Of a stretch of DNA of 64,000 nt, positions 14,201 to 25,523 are shown in pieces. The notes beneath the pieces were generated by a model. It saw only the letters and a program-made list of their open reading frames with translations, was not told the DNA's origin and searched no databases. The position numbers and the translations under genes were made by a program. The stretch lies in the NCBI RefSeq assembly GCF_032062105.1, contig NW_026930547.1, positions 1-64,000 on the forward strand, given 5' to 3'. The stretch is from Saccostrea cucullata (lineage: Eukaryota). Each line of letters starts with the position of its first letter. Within the stretch, counting starts at the first letter, position 1.

Positions 14201-16240
14201 TATGTTATTTAATTAATCATTATCATTTGAGGAAGCTAGAGTGTTTATATCTGACTAATATAACAAAACCATTCAAGATACTTTAACATTCATTTAATGT
14301 ATTAATACAGAGACATAAATAACAGAGATTCGCAACTTCGCAATTAGCATGTTTGTTTACCGAAATACATGTAATTGACCGTCCTGTTTCCTGTTACTAT
14401 CCTAAGAATTACTCTTTTTATGTCTCGTATTTCATTCTAAAGTAAAATTAATATTAATTATACCATATTTGGATGTATAATTTGTTAAGCCTTAATGAAT
14501 TTTAAAAGCAAACTAGGCAAATAAAAGAGGTTAATGATCAACAGTCAGCAAATTGCGGCAATATGGCTGACCAAGAATCACCAGTTGTAATTTCGGATTT
14601 CCCATTTTTTTTATTGTGTTACATAAACAAACTTATGAAAAAATAATATCGTGAATAATTTGTTAATATAAATTTTAAAAAATTACCATGTAGTCTTTGA
14701 TAATTTTAAAGGTTTATGTGATTTCAGTCGCACGAAATTTGAAAAATTAAAAAATAGGGAACACAAGATCGCGTGAGACATTTAACAGTCTTGAATCTCT
14801 GATTAATAGGGCCAAAATAAAATTATAGTTTGTTTGGAATTGCCTCCCGCCTCATTGAAATGCCCCCTCCTGAAAAAATTTTATTGACCAAAAGTAGGAA
14901 GATTTTTTTTTAATTTAATCAATTTTTTTTTGCCCATTACATGTATCACATGCACCATACAAAACACTGAAATAAAGTGTCAGATCTATGTAAAATTAGC
15001 TTTTCAATTAAAAAAAAAAATAATTTCCCTCCCTCCCTCCTGTGTCTGAGACCCTTCAGGCGGCAATTCCAAACAAACAATTTTTTAATGATGGCCTAGT
15101 ATAGTGACTATACACACAAACTACCTCCTCTTTGTACAAGGCAATCTTCAACTTCTTCATCACTGCTGGAATTACTGTGAAAAGAAACAAGGATCTTAAT
15201 CAATATATAAAATGTACAACAACAATACAACATGTAAAACATGACAGTAAAGAAAGAGGAGATAAATTGTAGCTGGAATTTGTCTGCTGAAATGCATGTT
15301 GTGCTGTTTAAGCACCATTAATAATAACATTAAAAGTAAGGGTGCGTTGGGGATGGAGGAACTAGTTGAAAATAAAATAATATTTGTTACGACACCTAAT
15401 CTAAGATTCCTCTGACTCTAACCTCTGCTTTTAATTATTGCGACATGTGCAGGAAAGAATGCCCCTTCTTGTATAAACAGTATAAAAAGCAGGGGGTCAG
15501 AGTCATGCAGAGGAATCTCAAATTATGTGTTGATATATGAGTAAAATATCAGTATCCAATCACTGCGTTTACAAAATCAGTACTTGTAGGCTATTCCTCC
15601 TGCTCCCCTTCCCTTTCATTATCTCTCTGTTCTTATACATGTATACTCTATCTAATCCCTAATGATCTAATGCCTTACACCATTAGGCCTCCCTGATATG
15701 GCATTAGGGTCCATAGTTAGGGCACCTGTTAGGGCATTAGGCTTAGGTCCCATAATGGGGGCACTTGTTAGGATATTAAGTTCCATAGTTAGGACATCTG
15801 TTAGGGCATTAGGTTCGATAATAATGGTGCCTGTTAGGGTCCTAGGTCTCATATAGTTAGGGCACCTGTTCAGTGTATTATATTCCATTAGACTCCAAGT
15901 ATTTGGGCCTTCTGCTCCATCATTGGGTATCAAGACACCTACAAAACTTACAATTGTAATGCATTTAGGGCATATATTAAGCTCCATAATTAGGACAATA
16001 ATTAGGGCTCCAGGATTAAGGCTTTCATTAGGCTACATGGTTAGGTCATTTCAAATGACACATATATTCTATTCAACTTCTAAATCTTTTACTACTGCAT
16101 TTGCTGGAAATGAAACAGAACTTGGGGCTACCTGTGTATATAACTTACCTGACACTCATCCCATGGTCATACTCCTCATCGGATACCACCTCAAACTCAG
16201 GCACATCGTACAGGAATACCTTGTCCGACGCAAAATTCAT
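5218..16240 (-). CDS. Sec23/Sec24-type zinc-finger + vWA domain protein ('circularly permuted Ras protein 1-like', Ras domain absent), ~777 aa, 16 coding exons
   Basis: Exons (minus): 16240-16149, 15174-15125, 13860-13645, 13350-13160, 12851-12660, 12355-12146, 11905-11754, 11170-10967, 10789-10705, 10604-10498, 10410-10247, 9858-9667, 8299-8173, 7964-7871, 5883-5728, 5319-5218. All phases are compatible; 2334 nt, no internal stop. Starts MNFASDKVFLY; Zn finger GDPVHCTSC...WVCEFCG; vWA VIFCVDISGSM, RVALITFNNEV, GATALGPAL, IICTDGKAN, IADMTGGQV; ends YLDAESDEDD*. Confidence 0.9.
6237..6435. mobile_element. MITE with TACTGTAGATT...AATCTACAGTA termini (intron 14 of the vWA gene)
   Basis: Terminal inverted repeats with TA at both ends; ~200 bp; non-coding. 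Confidence 0.65.
6626..7797 (-). mobile_element. HINE/Helentron-type non-autonomous element in intron 14
   Basis: Terminal hairpin TCCCCCGCTT-GAA-AAGTGGGGGA; subterminal IR GTCCCCCGCTT (6631) / AAGCGGGGGAC (7763); TCTG microsatellite 6667-6706; ~157-bp core repeats (GATATCTCGAGAACCCT at ~6728 and ~6883, degenerate at ~7038); CTTGTT end. Confidence 0.75.
7368..7435 (+). pseudogene. Degenerate tRNA-like sequence inside the HINE element
   Basis: A-box TGGTCTAGTGG and B-box GGTTCGCATCC at tRNA spacing, with a CAC-like anticodon position; the acceptor stem 3' strand is missing. Confidence 0.5.
8728..9587 (+). mobile_element. HINE-like element in intron 12
   Basis: 5' hairpin AAGCCT-GAA-AGGCTT, subterminal IR ATGGCGTCG (8749) / CGACGCCAT (9572), 3' hairpin TCGGGC-AA-GCCCGA, then an A-run. 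The interior is CpG-richer than the surrounding intron. Confidence 0.55.
11479..11693. mobile_element. MITE with TACTGTAAACC...GGTTTACAGTA termini (intron 7)
   Basis: Imperfect ~25-bp TIRs (TACTGTAAACCAACTTTTATTCGCG / CGCGAAAAAATGTTGGGTTTACAGTA). Confidence 0.7.
14807..15098. mobile_element. MITE with ~35-bp imperfect TIRs (intron 2)
   Basis: TAGGGCC...GTTTGTTTGGAATTGCC versus GGCAATTCCAAACAAAC...GGCCTA. Confidence 0.65.
15680..16050. repeat. Degenerate minisatellite (TTAGGGCACCTGTTAGGGCATTAGG-like) in intron 1
   Basis: Repeated TTAGG(G) / CATAGTTAGGGCACCTGTT motifs at irregular spacing. Confidence 0.65.
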
Positions 16241-17756
16241 TGCGAATTAGTCTGTAAAAATGAAAGTAGAATGAAGCGAATATCAAGAGTCACAAATTTA
16301 CTTTACATTTACACAAAATTATAAATGTATTTACCAGATTTAAACTATTATATGTGGATATTTTACGTTCCTTCAAATGCACATCAGCAGAAATACATTT
16401 TTAAAGATGACGATGTAAACAAAACGGGAAAATCCCTATCCTCATAACTTCCGCTTTTAGATAGAGAAAATAGTCCTAGAATAACAGATATAAAATTCGT
16501 TCATAGTCAATGTCTTATGGAACAATTATTAACAAAAAAGTTGTAAAATGATATCTTGAAGAAGGTTCAAGATTGCAATCAATCATTTAAAGATAAATTC
16601 TTGTTTTGAAATTCCCTATCGGCGGCGAATTAATTTTTACCACATTTACGTCATTTCTTAAAATGCATTTGACCAGTTCCTGTATTGCACCATCAAAGGT
16701 AATTTTCCCGGTCGTTGCATGTTCCTAATCCAAAAAAAAATCTACCTTTTAAACAAAAAAGTTCAATGCCTTTCTTGTTCTCTGTCTGTCTGTATGTCTG
16801 TCCGACTCTGTCAGGGTGTGTGTGTGTGTCGGGGGGGGGGGGGGGCATTGTACTTTTTTTTTTTTTTTATTTGAGAAAAGGTCTTGGACTTACATGTTAT
16901 TGTACTTGGATATTCCACCAAATAGCTTCTGCTTCTAAGAATGATTTGTGAAATCAATATTAAATAAAACAAACAAACCAGTGTTTAAACATAAAATTTC
17001 AAATAACAGTTCACATATAAAGGTACATGTACATCTGAATCGTTAATTAGGCCTCTTCATTATTTGTTTACGCATTCTGAGCCGCCAAATATTGGAACAT
17101 TTGATTGCTTCTCTCTAGGCGAATGTTCTGCCTGCTGCACCAAGGTTGGGTGTTAACATCCCAAAAATAGTTTTAGGATACACGTACAGATTAATATAAG
17201 TCTAAGTTATAGGCTTCGTAACTTAACTGGGAATTGATAAGACTTCATATGAGGGAGTCTTATAAATTGACATATATATAATTCACTTTAGAGAAGGTTA
17301 AAACTCTATCTATACTTAGATCGAATTCAGAAATTGATTTTCTGATATCAAAAATTTTAATTCTTGATAGATTAAGAACTTTTTCTTGATATCATTTTTT
17401 AAATTATAGCCAAAATTCGCATTGTTCCTACTAAGAATTAATTTTCTGATATCATAAAAAAGTAAATTGGTGCCTCATATAGCGAACTTTGCTTCTTGAA
17501 AAAGGTGATGCATTCTCACCATTCTGTACATCAACGCCCATTCCAAAACTATTCAAAGGACGTGGGCTGTTAAAACTCTGTTCTACCCTTCTACCCTTTT
17601 ATAGTTACTCTCCTATGTAATTGATATGTATCATCTACCACTGGCGGATTTAAAGGGTGTGTGCAATGAAGTCCAAAGATTTTTACTGCCAGTTAACATG
17701 TTTTAGTTCATGAAAATTTTGAGGTTATATTTGTTTATACGTTGTATCTTCCAATG

Positions 17757-19380
17757 AAGGATATGGAGATAACGAACAGTGTTCAATATCAAAGTCCATA
17801 AAACAATACAAAATAGGAGCAGAGCAAACACCGACCTCCAAAACATCAGAGGTGGGATCAGGTGCCATGCACGGAGGAGTGAGTATCCCTGCTGACCGGT
17901 CACACCCGCCTTGTGCTCCTTTTCATGATCGGGAAATAACGGAAAATCCGTCGTCAATTCAGGTACAAATAATGGACCAACAATAAGTATGAAAAACGTC
18001 AGACAGCATTTGACTCAATGATAAATTGAATTTTCTGACAAGGTAATTGTATTGACCAAAGAACTTATGAAATGATGATCTTAAACGAGACTGTTGATAT
18101 TCTTGTTTCATCAACTTGTTTGTCAATAATTAACTTCGTTTTAGAAATTGTTCATACATAGATCATGCTCTTGCGTATCGAATCAACTGAGATATATAAA
18201 CGCCATATGCAGGTCATGAAGGTATATATATTGCTGCATAAGTAAATTGACGATGGAAAGTAAAAGTGATTATGTTTATCATAGAGCTTGGTTGTTAGAT
18301 TACCATTAATTATAACGTCTTTTTCAAGTAAAATATCCAAGTATAAAACATATGTGTCAGACTCTATGGTATCTTTTATTTCAAGTTCACCAGGATATAT
18401 TGTATCGACATAGAAATGGAAATAACCATTGTTAATTGACAGAATACGTCGTCAACACATCTAAATGTTGAGTTGAAGGCTACAGCAAGTTTTTTCTTTT
18501 TTTCACGCATAAGATTTTACACAAATACTGCTTCATATGAATACAAAAATAGGTCTGCTAATAACGGAGCGCAATTGGTACTCATGGGAATTCTAATAGA
18601 TTGTTGGAAGACATGGTCTCCAAAAACCACATAGATATTGTCAATCAAAAAACTCAAGCATCTTTTTGTTGTCAACTTCAGAGTACTTGTGTCTGCAACC
18701 AGAATGTGTTTTAACAAAATAATTTTGCAAATGACCAATTACCTGGTAAGTAAATTTACGAGTTCCATTTTTATTGAAAAAGCAGCTGTCAATTATATCA
18801 AAAGGCCTGTACTCAAATTTATCGCGGGGAATAGTTGTGTATAAAGTTGAAAAGTCATAAGTTTTTAAGCTGTTGATTTTGGTAACATCTTGTGTTTCAA
18901 ATTGTCCAAGAGCACTTTGGAATTTTTGAGTATCCACATCTGATTCACACCACTTCTTGAATATATTGTTGCATAGTATACTCTTGAAGTTTTTTCCTTC
19001 ACTACTTTCAATACCTTAGTGAGGAGTAACGAAAGAGGCTTGGTTGAAAATTTACTGGAACCCGCAATATGTATCTTTGTTTGTAAGGATTCTTATGAAG
19101 TTTTGGAATCCAATACCGGTATATATAAATATATGTTAGTTCAAAATCATTTTGGTTCTTCGGGATATTAAAAATATTCAAAACTGACATATGATTTTGA
19201 AGAATTTCTTTCTTAGAAAGGGAACTATGAGTATAAGTTGGATTACCAATCTATCAGAATGGTACACAAAAAGATGGGGAAGAAACTTCATTCCTTGCAG
19301 AAACCAAATATTTTTGATCAGTTTTTGCACATTATAATATTTATGCCCTCTTGCAATAACTGAAGAATCCTTGATTCTTA
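17757..19380 (-). mobile_element. Decayed Penelope-like retroelement (RT remnant with frameshifts)
   Basis: Broken ORFs carry YWIPKLHKNPYKQRYI, KTYDFSTLYTTIP, QQSIRIPMSTNCAPLLADLFLYSYE, FRCVDD (mutated YIDD, ~18449-18466) and TTKLYDK. The 3' block GGTGTGACCGGTCAGCAGGG...GCACCTGATCCCACCTCTG recurs elsewhere in the window. Confidence 0.8.
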
Positions 19381-19388
19381 TCAGGACC

Positions 19389-19483
19389 CATCGTCTCAAG
19401 CCACGGTCCGCAGTCCGCATATATAGCTCTCTCCTACCAAAATGGGAGAGGATCGTACATTATGGCCGTGGTTTGCGACCATG
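19389..19483. mobile_element. 95-bp miniature inverted-repeat element with 9-bp TSD (copy 1)
   Basis: TSD ATCAGGACC at 19380-19388 and 19484-19492; ~20-bp imperfect TIR; a reverse-complement copy lies at 62684-62777. Confidence 0.85.
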
Positions 19484-20310
19484 ATCAGGACCAGAAAAAA
19501 GAGAAAATATTTAGGTAAATATAAAAAAAAAATACAAACGCATTCTATGAAATATTCTGTTGTGTGAAAAAACAGACATTAATTTTTATTAACAAGATGG
19601 AAATCTACACTTGTAGCGTACTAAATAAATAATTTAATACTAAATTGGATTTTTGTAGAAAAAAAGAAACTTTTAAGTGGTAAACAATATAGCAAGATCA
19701 AAAACAAAGGTTATACACAGTTGTGCTGCCCTACTCCACGCAATATATCTTATTACTTATTTCTTTTGCCTGTCTTAGAGAATTTGTATAGTTTCTTTTT
19801 GTTTTCACCACTCCCCCAACTGAAATTTCTTCCTATATGAACTTGGACGGTCGTATATTAAGCACGAGGAAGAGAATAAATGTATGACAATCATAATATC
19901 AGCTGCGAAAATACTAACAGGGAAGCATTATCCGCCCTTCTGAATGAGAATGTTAATGATAAGGCGTAAAGACAATTATCCTTATTATTTTTTTGTCGAT
20001 TTATCCAGGCGTGAATGAATAAGAAATGAAAAAGAGAAGACAATTTTTACAAACGATGCAAATTTTCAGCGCTTCATTTATTTCCTCGATAACAATGTGT
20101 TATATTTAAAAGATAAATAACTCTTTGATATTAAATATAATGCATATATATGCATGGTCATTTAAGCGGAATTTCCCTATTGGCTTTAACACCATCTGCT
20201 TCAAACTGAAAGTAGGCTATCCAATATTTTATTTCCCTATAAGAATGGTAAATAAAAGAAATAACAGCAACAGCGCTGAGTAGCTAGAGGAGAAGATCTC
20301 TGCTAAAAGA

Positions 20311-22051
20311 ATGGAAGAAATTGAAGAAGAGAGACGCATTCATCAAAAGTCCACGCCCCCCGAAGACGGCAATGACTCTATAGATGATACCTCTCCTCTG
20401 ATTTCGCTGTCTTCAGATCATACAGAGTCGATGGGATGGGATGCGATAGAGGAGTGTGCCGGAGTAACTTCCCCTGTCCCTGCTGTGGGAGAAACGCAGG
20501 GACAAAGAAGACTGAAAAATGCTTTTGCGATTTCTGAGACATCGACAGAGGAGTGGATCCAACAGGCAGTGTCTGCAATACCACCATGTAAGTAAACTAT
20601 CATTATCGTATTAATATTTATATGTTTGAACATGCTTTGGTGTATATAACATTGTATTTGATATTGTAACTCAATAATTTTTGGGGCGCATATATTCGTA
20701 GTTGAAATATATAAAGATTGCTATATAACCCGATTCTATTTCGTTGTAAAAGAAAAATCATTCTGCAATTTAATTTCATGGGACTCTTCATCCCATGAAA
20801 ACAAATTTAATCCCCCAGATTATTGTTGATTTCAGGTATCCCTTCGTGTAATAGTCTTTTTCTTTAGGGAAGTGTACATACTTAGCCTTCTGCATCCCTA
20901 GTAAACTAGAATATGTCCACCAAAAATTAAAGAAAAGTATAAAAAATTGAAACATGTCCTTGAATTTTATGTTTTAACGATAAATCTTAAGTTCTGAGTT
21001 TTTATATCTAAAGAAACCTAGAAAACCGTTTCTTCCTATAGCATAAGTCAAAAAGTATAAAAGAACAACCAGTTTATGTAATTTTTTAAAGAGACTTTCT
21101 TTCCTCGTACAACTCAGTTTTAAAAACACTCTATACATGCCATATAAAAGCTAGTTCATGTTGTAGGTGATGTTTGCGATGTCTGTGAAAAGAGTTATCC
21201 ACATCATGAGTCTATTGAGTTCTGGAGGAGTGTTGAAGAATGCTCAGACATCCGTACACGATGTCACAAAAAGGTTGGAGTTTTGTACCATTCTGTTTTC
21301 TTTCTCGCGAATAACAAATCTATTTTTAATAAGATTCCAAGAATGTATTGTTTCCCCGTGGTCCATTGGAGGAAGAAGACCCACGTAGTATCATGGCCTT
21401 TGGTAGACTAGTACACAGATCATTCGATCCTACACGCGATATGATCAGGAAAAGAGATTATGCAACGACATATCATATTATTAAAATATTTAAAATTCAA
21501 AATAAGTTAAAAGAATAAATCTGTATTATAAGGTGGTTCCATGGTGTTTTTCTTTTCTTTAATCATTTAAAATAATAAGATTTAGCAATTTAAGTCTTGT
21601 TTTAAAAGCACAATGTCATGGTAACGAAGTGAGAATAAAAGTTCTTTTAAGAAATCGATACACTTGTAACGCTAAATTGTATTACACTAGTCAACTGTGC
21701 ATGTTATGGAATTATTTGCATATTTTGTAACATGGTAGTCCACTTTACTAAATCGTATTCACAACTGACAATTCAACTGATGGTAATGTTTATTTGGGTT
21801 TGTTTGTAGTTCTATAAAAGACTTATCCAGAGATTCCGGGAAGTTTTTCCGGAGGAGACCACTTTAAGAAACAAGCGAACAATGAATCTTCTGAAAAATT
21901 TACTACATATAGAGGGAACAGGTACTGTCGATAGTTATAAAGCATACATAGAAAGAACACTGCAAGTTAAGGTTATACACACATGTAGAGAGAACTGGTA
22001 CAACATGTAGTTAAAGATTGATTGATTGATTGTATATTGTTTAACGTCCCT

Positions 22052-22083
<32 letters not shown>

Positions 22084-25000
22084 TCGATGCCGGTGAAGGG
22101 CTTCAAATTTAGACCTATACTCGGCACTCAGGGTCATTGAGCAGTGAGGGTTCTTTATCGTGCCAACGCCTACCGTGATATGGGACCTACGTTTTTAAGG
22201 TCATATCCGAAAGATTCGTGACTTTCACTTCTAGTGCCGAGCGCTTAGCGAAGGAACAGTCACTACCTATGTTTACGTCTAAGGTATGACGCGGCGCCTT
22301 GAACGAGAATCGAACCCGGGCCTCCCGATCACGAAGCGAACGCACTACCACTAGGCTACAGTGGAGGGAATAGGTATTGATTAAAAAGCACACAAAGGGG
22401 GAATAGGTACTAGTTAAAGATCACACAGAGGGAATAGGTATTGCTTAAAGATCGGTATTGGTTAAAGATCACACATAAAGGGGATAGGTATTTGTTAAAC
22501 ATAACACATATAGGGAAAAGGTATTGGTTAAAGATCACACATAGATGAATGAGTAATAGTTAAATAACATTGAGGGAATAGGTATTGGTTAAAGATTACA
22601 CATAGAGGGAATAGGTACTAGATAAAGAACGTAGAGGGAATAGTTATTGGTTTAATATCGCACATAGAGGGAATAGGTGATGGTTAAAGATTACACAAAC
22701 AGGGAATAGGCATTAGTTAAAGATTATACATAGAGGGAATAGGTTCTACTTATAAAGCACTCATAAAGGAAATATACTAGTTAAAGAGCACCAAGTGGAG
22801 TGAAAGGATCGTTTAAAGATCACACATAAAAAGAATAGGTATCGGTTAAAGTTAACACATAGAGGGAATAGATATGGGTTAAAGTTTAGAGTATAAGTAT
22901 TGTTAATGTTTCTCTTATTGAAGATGACACAGTTGAGGTTCATTTTGACAAATTTGTCAGAGTCCTTAAATTCTTTGGGCCAGTGAAGCTTTCTGGACAG
23001 AGATGTATTCTACTAGAACAAGTAGGTACACTTGTACATAGTATGAAGTACACAAATGATTGACACCTTTTTCATGTATTTGTTATATGACGAATAAATC
23101 ACTCAAACATCTGTTGTTGTTGTTTTTTTATTTAGTTGCAGCTTTTAATAGATAAATCATTGAAAAACAATCAACGAAAAGAGAAAATAAGGTAAATTCA
23201 AATATATATTTTTTTTATTTTGTGCGAGGAATTGGTGTGATATTTTTAAATATTTCAAACATAAAAACATTACAATTAATTACATCCACTTGAAAAAATT
23301 ATATACATTTCCGTTATTTGAAAATATATTCACTGTATATATTCACAAAACTTTGTGTTTTGGAGTTTGAAGTAAGTGCTTTTGATAAGTGTAATTAATA
23401 CATTTTCCTGAATATCAATGTATACTTAGTTGGTTTGCTGGCGATATGTCAAGACAACAAGCAGAAAGCAAGTTAGACCCAGAACCTAATGGAACTTTTC
23501 TTATCAGGTAAATATTTATATATTTTCTAAAAATCTTAAAGGCTCATTTTTTTTCCTAACGCATTGAGCTTGTCTTTAAACGGAAGTAATTTGCTTTAAG
23601 TATAAATTACATATTATACATTGTATATTCAATGCCAGAAGTGTTTTGCTTTTTAATTTATCTACCGACTTAATATGAAAACAATGAAGTAAATAAATTA
23701 TCAAATACTAGTAGATGAGTAAAAAGTATTTTAAAACCCCACATTTTCGTATATTTTGAATAAATTATAAAATTTAAAAGAGATATTTTGTCTATAGCTT
23801 AAATAAGACATGACTTAGTTCTTTAAAATAAATCATTTTATATCATAAATCTCACTTTCCTTTGTCTTTTTATCAGAATGAGTCAAAACAACTCTGAACA
23901 TGGAGATTTTGTTTTGTCTGTTAAACAAGGCGATACTGTCCATCATATTGAGATCAAAGTAAGTGATAACTATAAGTAGTGATAAGAAATCAATTATTGA
24001 GAAAATAAGCGATAGTTAAGTATTTATGAAATACAATTAAATACATGTACATGTATGCCTTTGCAGCACGTAGATCTGTTGCTCTTACGTAGACATGAAA
24101 CTTTACTCGGTTTTCTTGAAAGGTTTCAATGGACTCTTTGAAGGGAGTGAAGTCCATACATACTTTTAAGGGGCTAAGACACAGATTTGAAGTGAATATT
24201 TTCTCAAGTTTTCTGTATATTAGCATGAATTATATGTTGCTCTAGCTCTTCACAAGATAATACAATTGTCAGTCCGTACACACCGAGTGAATCATTTATT
24301 CATGAATTCTGACGAAGATTATTAAGCAAAATACTTCTTAAAATCCAATATACTGTCTATTCTTCCGTTTTCACTCGATTACAAGGTGATAAAATAAATA
24401 GACTTTCTGAACAATATGGTAAAAGGTTCTATCTGAGACTTGTAATAATATCGTTTATATATAAGACTCATTATTATAACTTAATTTTTTAAGAAAATGA
24501 TTTAAATTGTACGTCTGAAAATCATACTTACATTCACAGTTCACTAAGGGATTATTAAAAAAACATATTTTAATCTTTAACGTTTTGAACATTCCAGTCA
24601 AGGAAGATGAGTTCGTTCTACCCTAGGTATGCGTCATAAAATCCTTACAAAGTTACTTTGTTGGTTCTAATAAGGACTTTTTACCATGCAACCGGCTTCT
24701 CTCATCACAAACATAATAACTGTAAAAGTAACTTTAAAGTAAAGTACATACTGATTATGCTACAATAACTTTTAAAAAGTACTTGTGCATACTGAGTATT
24801 CTATAATATATTCTAGAAGTGATGTAAATCAAATGTGGATTCTCAAAAATTACAAATAATTTTTAGAAAATACTTACGGCCTTCAAATTGTCATTCAGAT
24901 ATATATCAATGACGTTTCATCCACCTAAGATAATAACAACAAATACTAGTACTCATACACAGTTAAACTGATTGACAATCGAGATGACTTCAACTTTTTA

Positions 25001-25523
25001 ATCGTCAACTTTTCTAATTTATGTGGCAATATCCCGCTATCACCGGCATATAGTGTTTTTGTCTCCTCTCTTATTTGATAATAAAGAGAATGGTCTAAAA
25101 AACGATCACTTTCAAAACCGCGACGGGCTGCAAATAGATAAGTTGATATTGCAGGGTTTTCAACCCCCGACAGGAGATGCCAACTCCTCACTCTTTTCAA
25201 TATATATTAATTTATAAACAGTCATGTAAAACTTATGTGTGGTCTTAATCTTGTCACTGTTTTATAGTCGTAATTTGCTTCTTTTTTAGGGACAACCATT
25301 GAAAGCCTTTGCTCAACAGCCCTTTTCAAGTTGTTTGTTATTTAGAGAGAAAGAATACTCTTCACTAATAGACCTAGTTGAGGAACTAAAATATGACTCG
25401 ATAACGGTTACTGGAGAGGAGGATGGATCAGAGGAAACAGAGGTGTGGTGCAGCGCCATCTGTCCGGGACTTCCGCTAAATTCCGCCATTACAGGGTACA
25501 AAAGAACAAAGGCAAAGCAATGA
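20311..25523 (+). CDS. SH2-domain protein A (EF-hand-like linker + SH2 + terminal Tyr motif), ~347 aa, 8 exons
   Basis: Exons 20311-20587, 21167-21273, 21810-21921, 22924-23021, 23136-23191, 23430-23507, 23877-23958, 25290-25523 (all GT-AG, in frame). SH2: SWFAGDMSRQQAESKL...GTFLIRMS...DFVLSVK..DTVHHIEI...YSSLIDLVEEL. Ends ICPGLPLNSAITGYKRTKAKQ*. Confidence 0.9.
21905..22885. repeat. ~33-bp minisatellite (CACATAGAGGGAATAGGTATTGGTTAAAGATTA) starting at the exon 3 donor and interrupted by the SINE
   Basis: About 15 units at 22365-22885, plus degenerate units at 21905-22015 that overlap the exon end CATATAGAGGGAACAG|GTACTG. Confidence 0.85.
22016..22364 (-). mobile_element. tRNA-derived SINE (MetaSINE-like central domain) in intron 3 of SH2 gene A
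   Basis: Minus strand: A-box TAGCCTAGTGG, B-box GGTTCGATTCT, central GGTCCC...TGGCACGATAAAGAACCC block, 3' GGGACGTTAAAC and a (CAAT)n tail. Confidence 0.85.

Noticed and set aside
15667-16324. ORFs 15667-15987 and 15923-16324; interstitial telomere
   Set aside because: The ORFs arise from an intronic minisatellite or are antisense to exon 1. TTAGGG motifs are dispersed inside a longer unit, not tandem.
17757-19380. Active reverse transcriptase or hammerhead ribozyme
   Set aside because: Multiple frameshifts and stops, catalytic motif mutated; I found no CTGANGA...GAAA hammerhead core by eye.
22290-22364. tRNA gene on the minus strand
   Set aside because: It is the head of a SINE, continuing into a conserved body and (CAAT)n tail.
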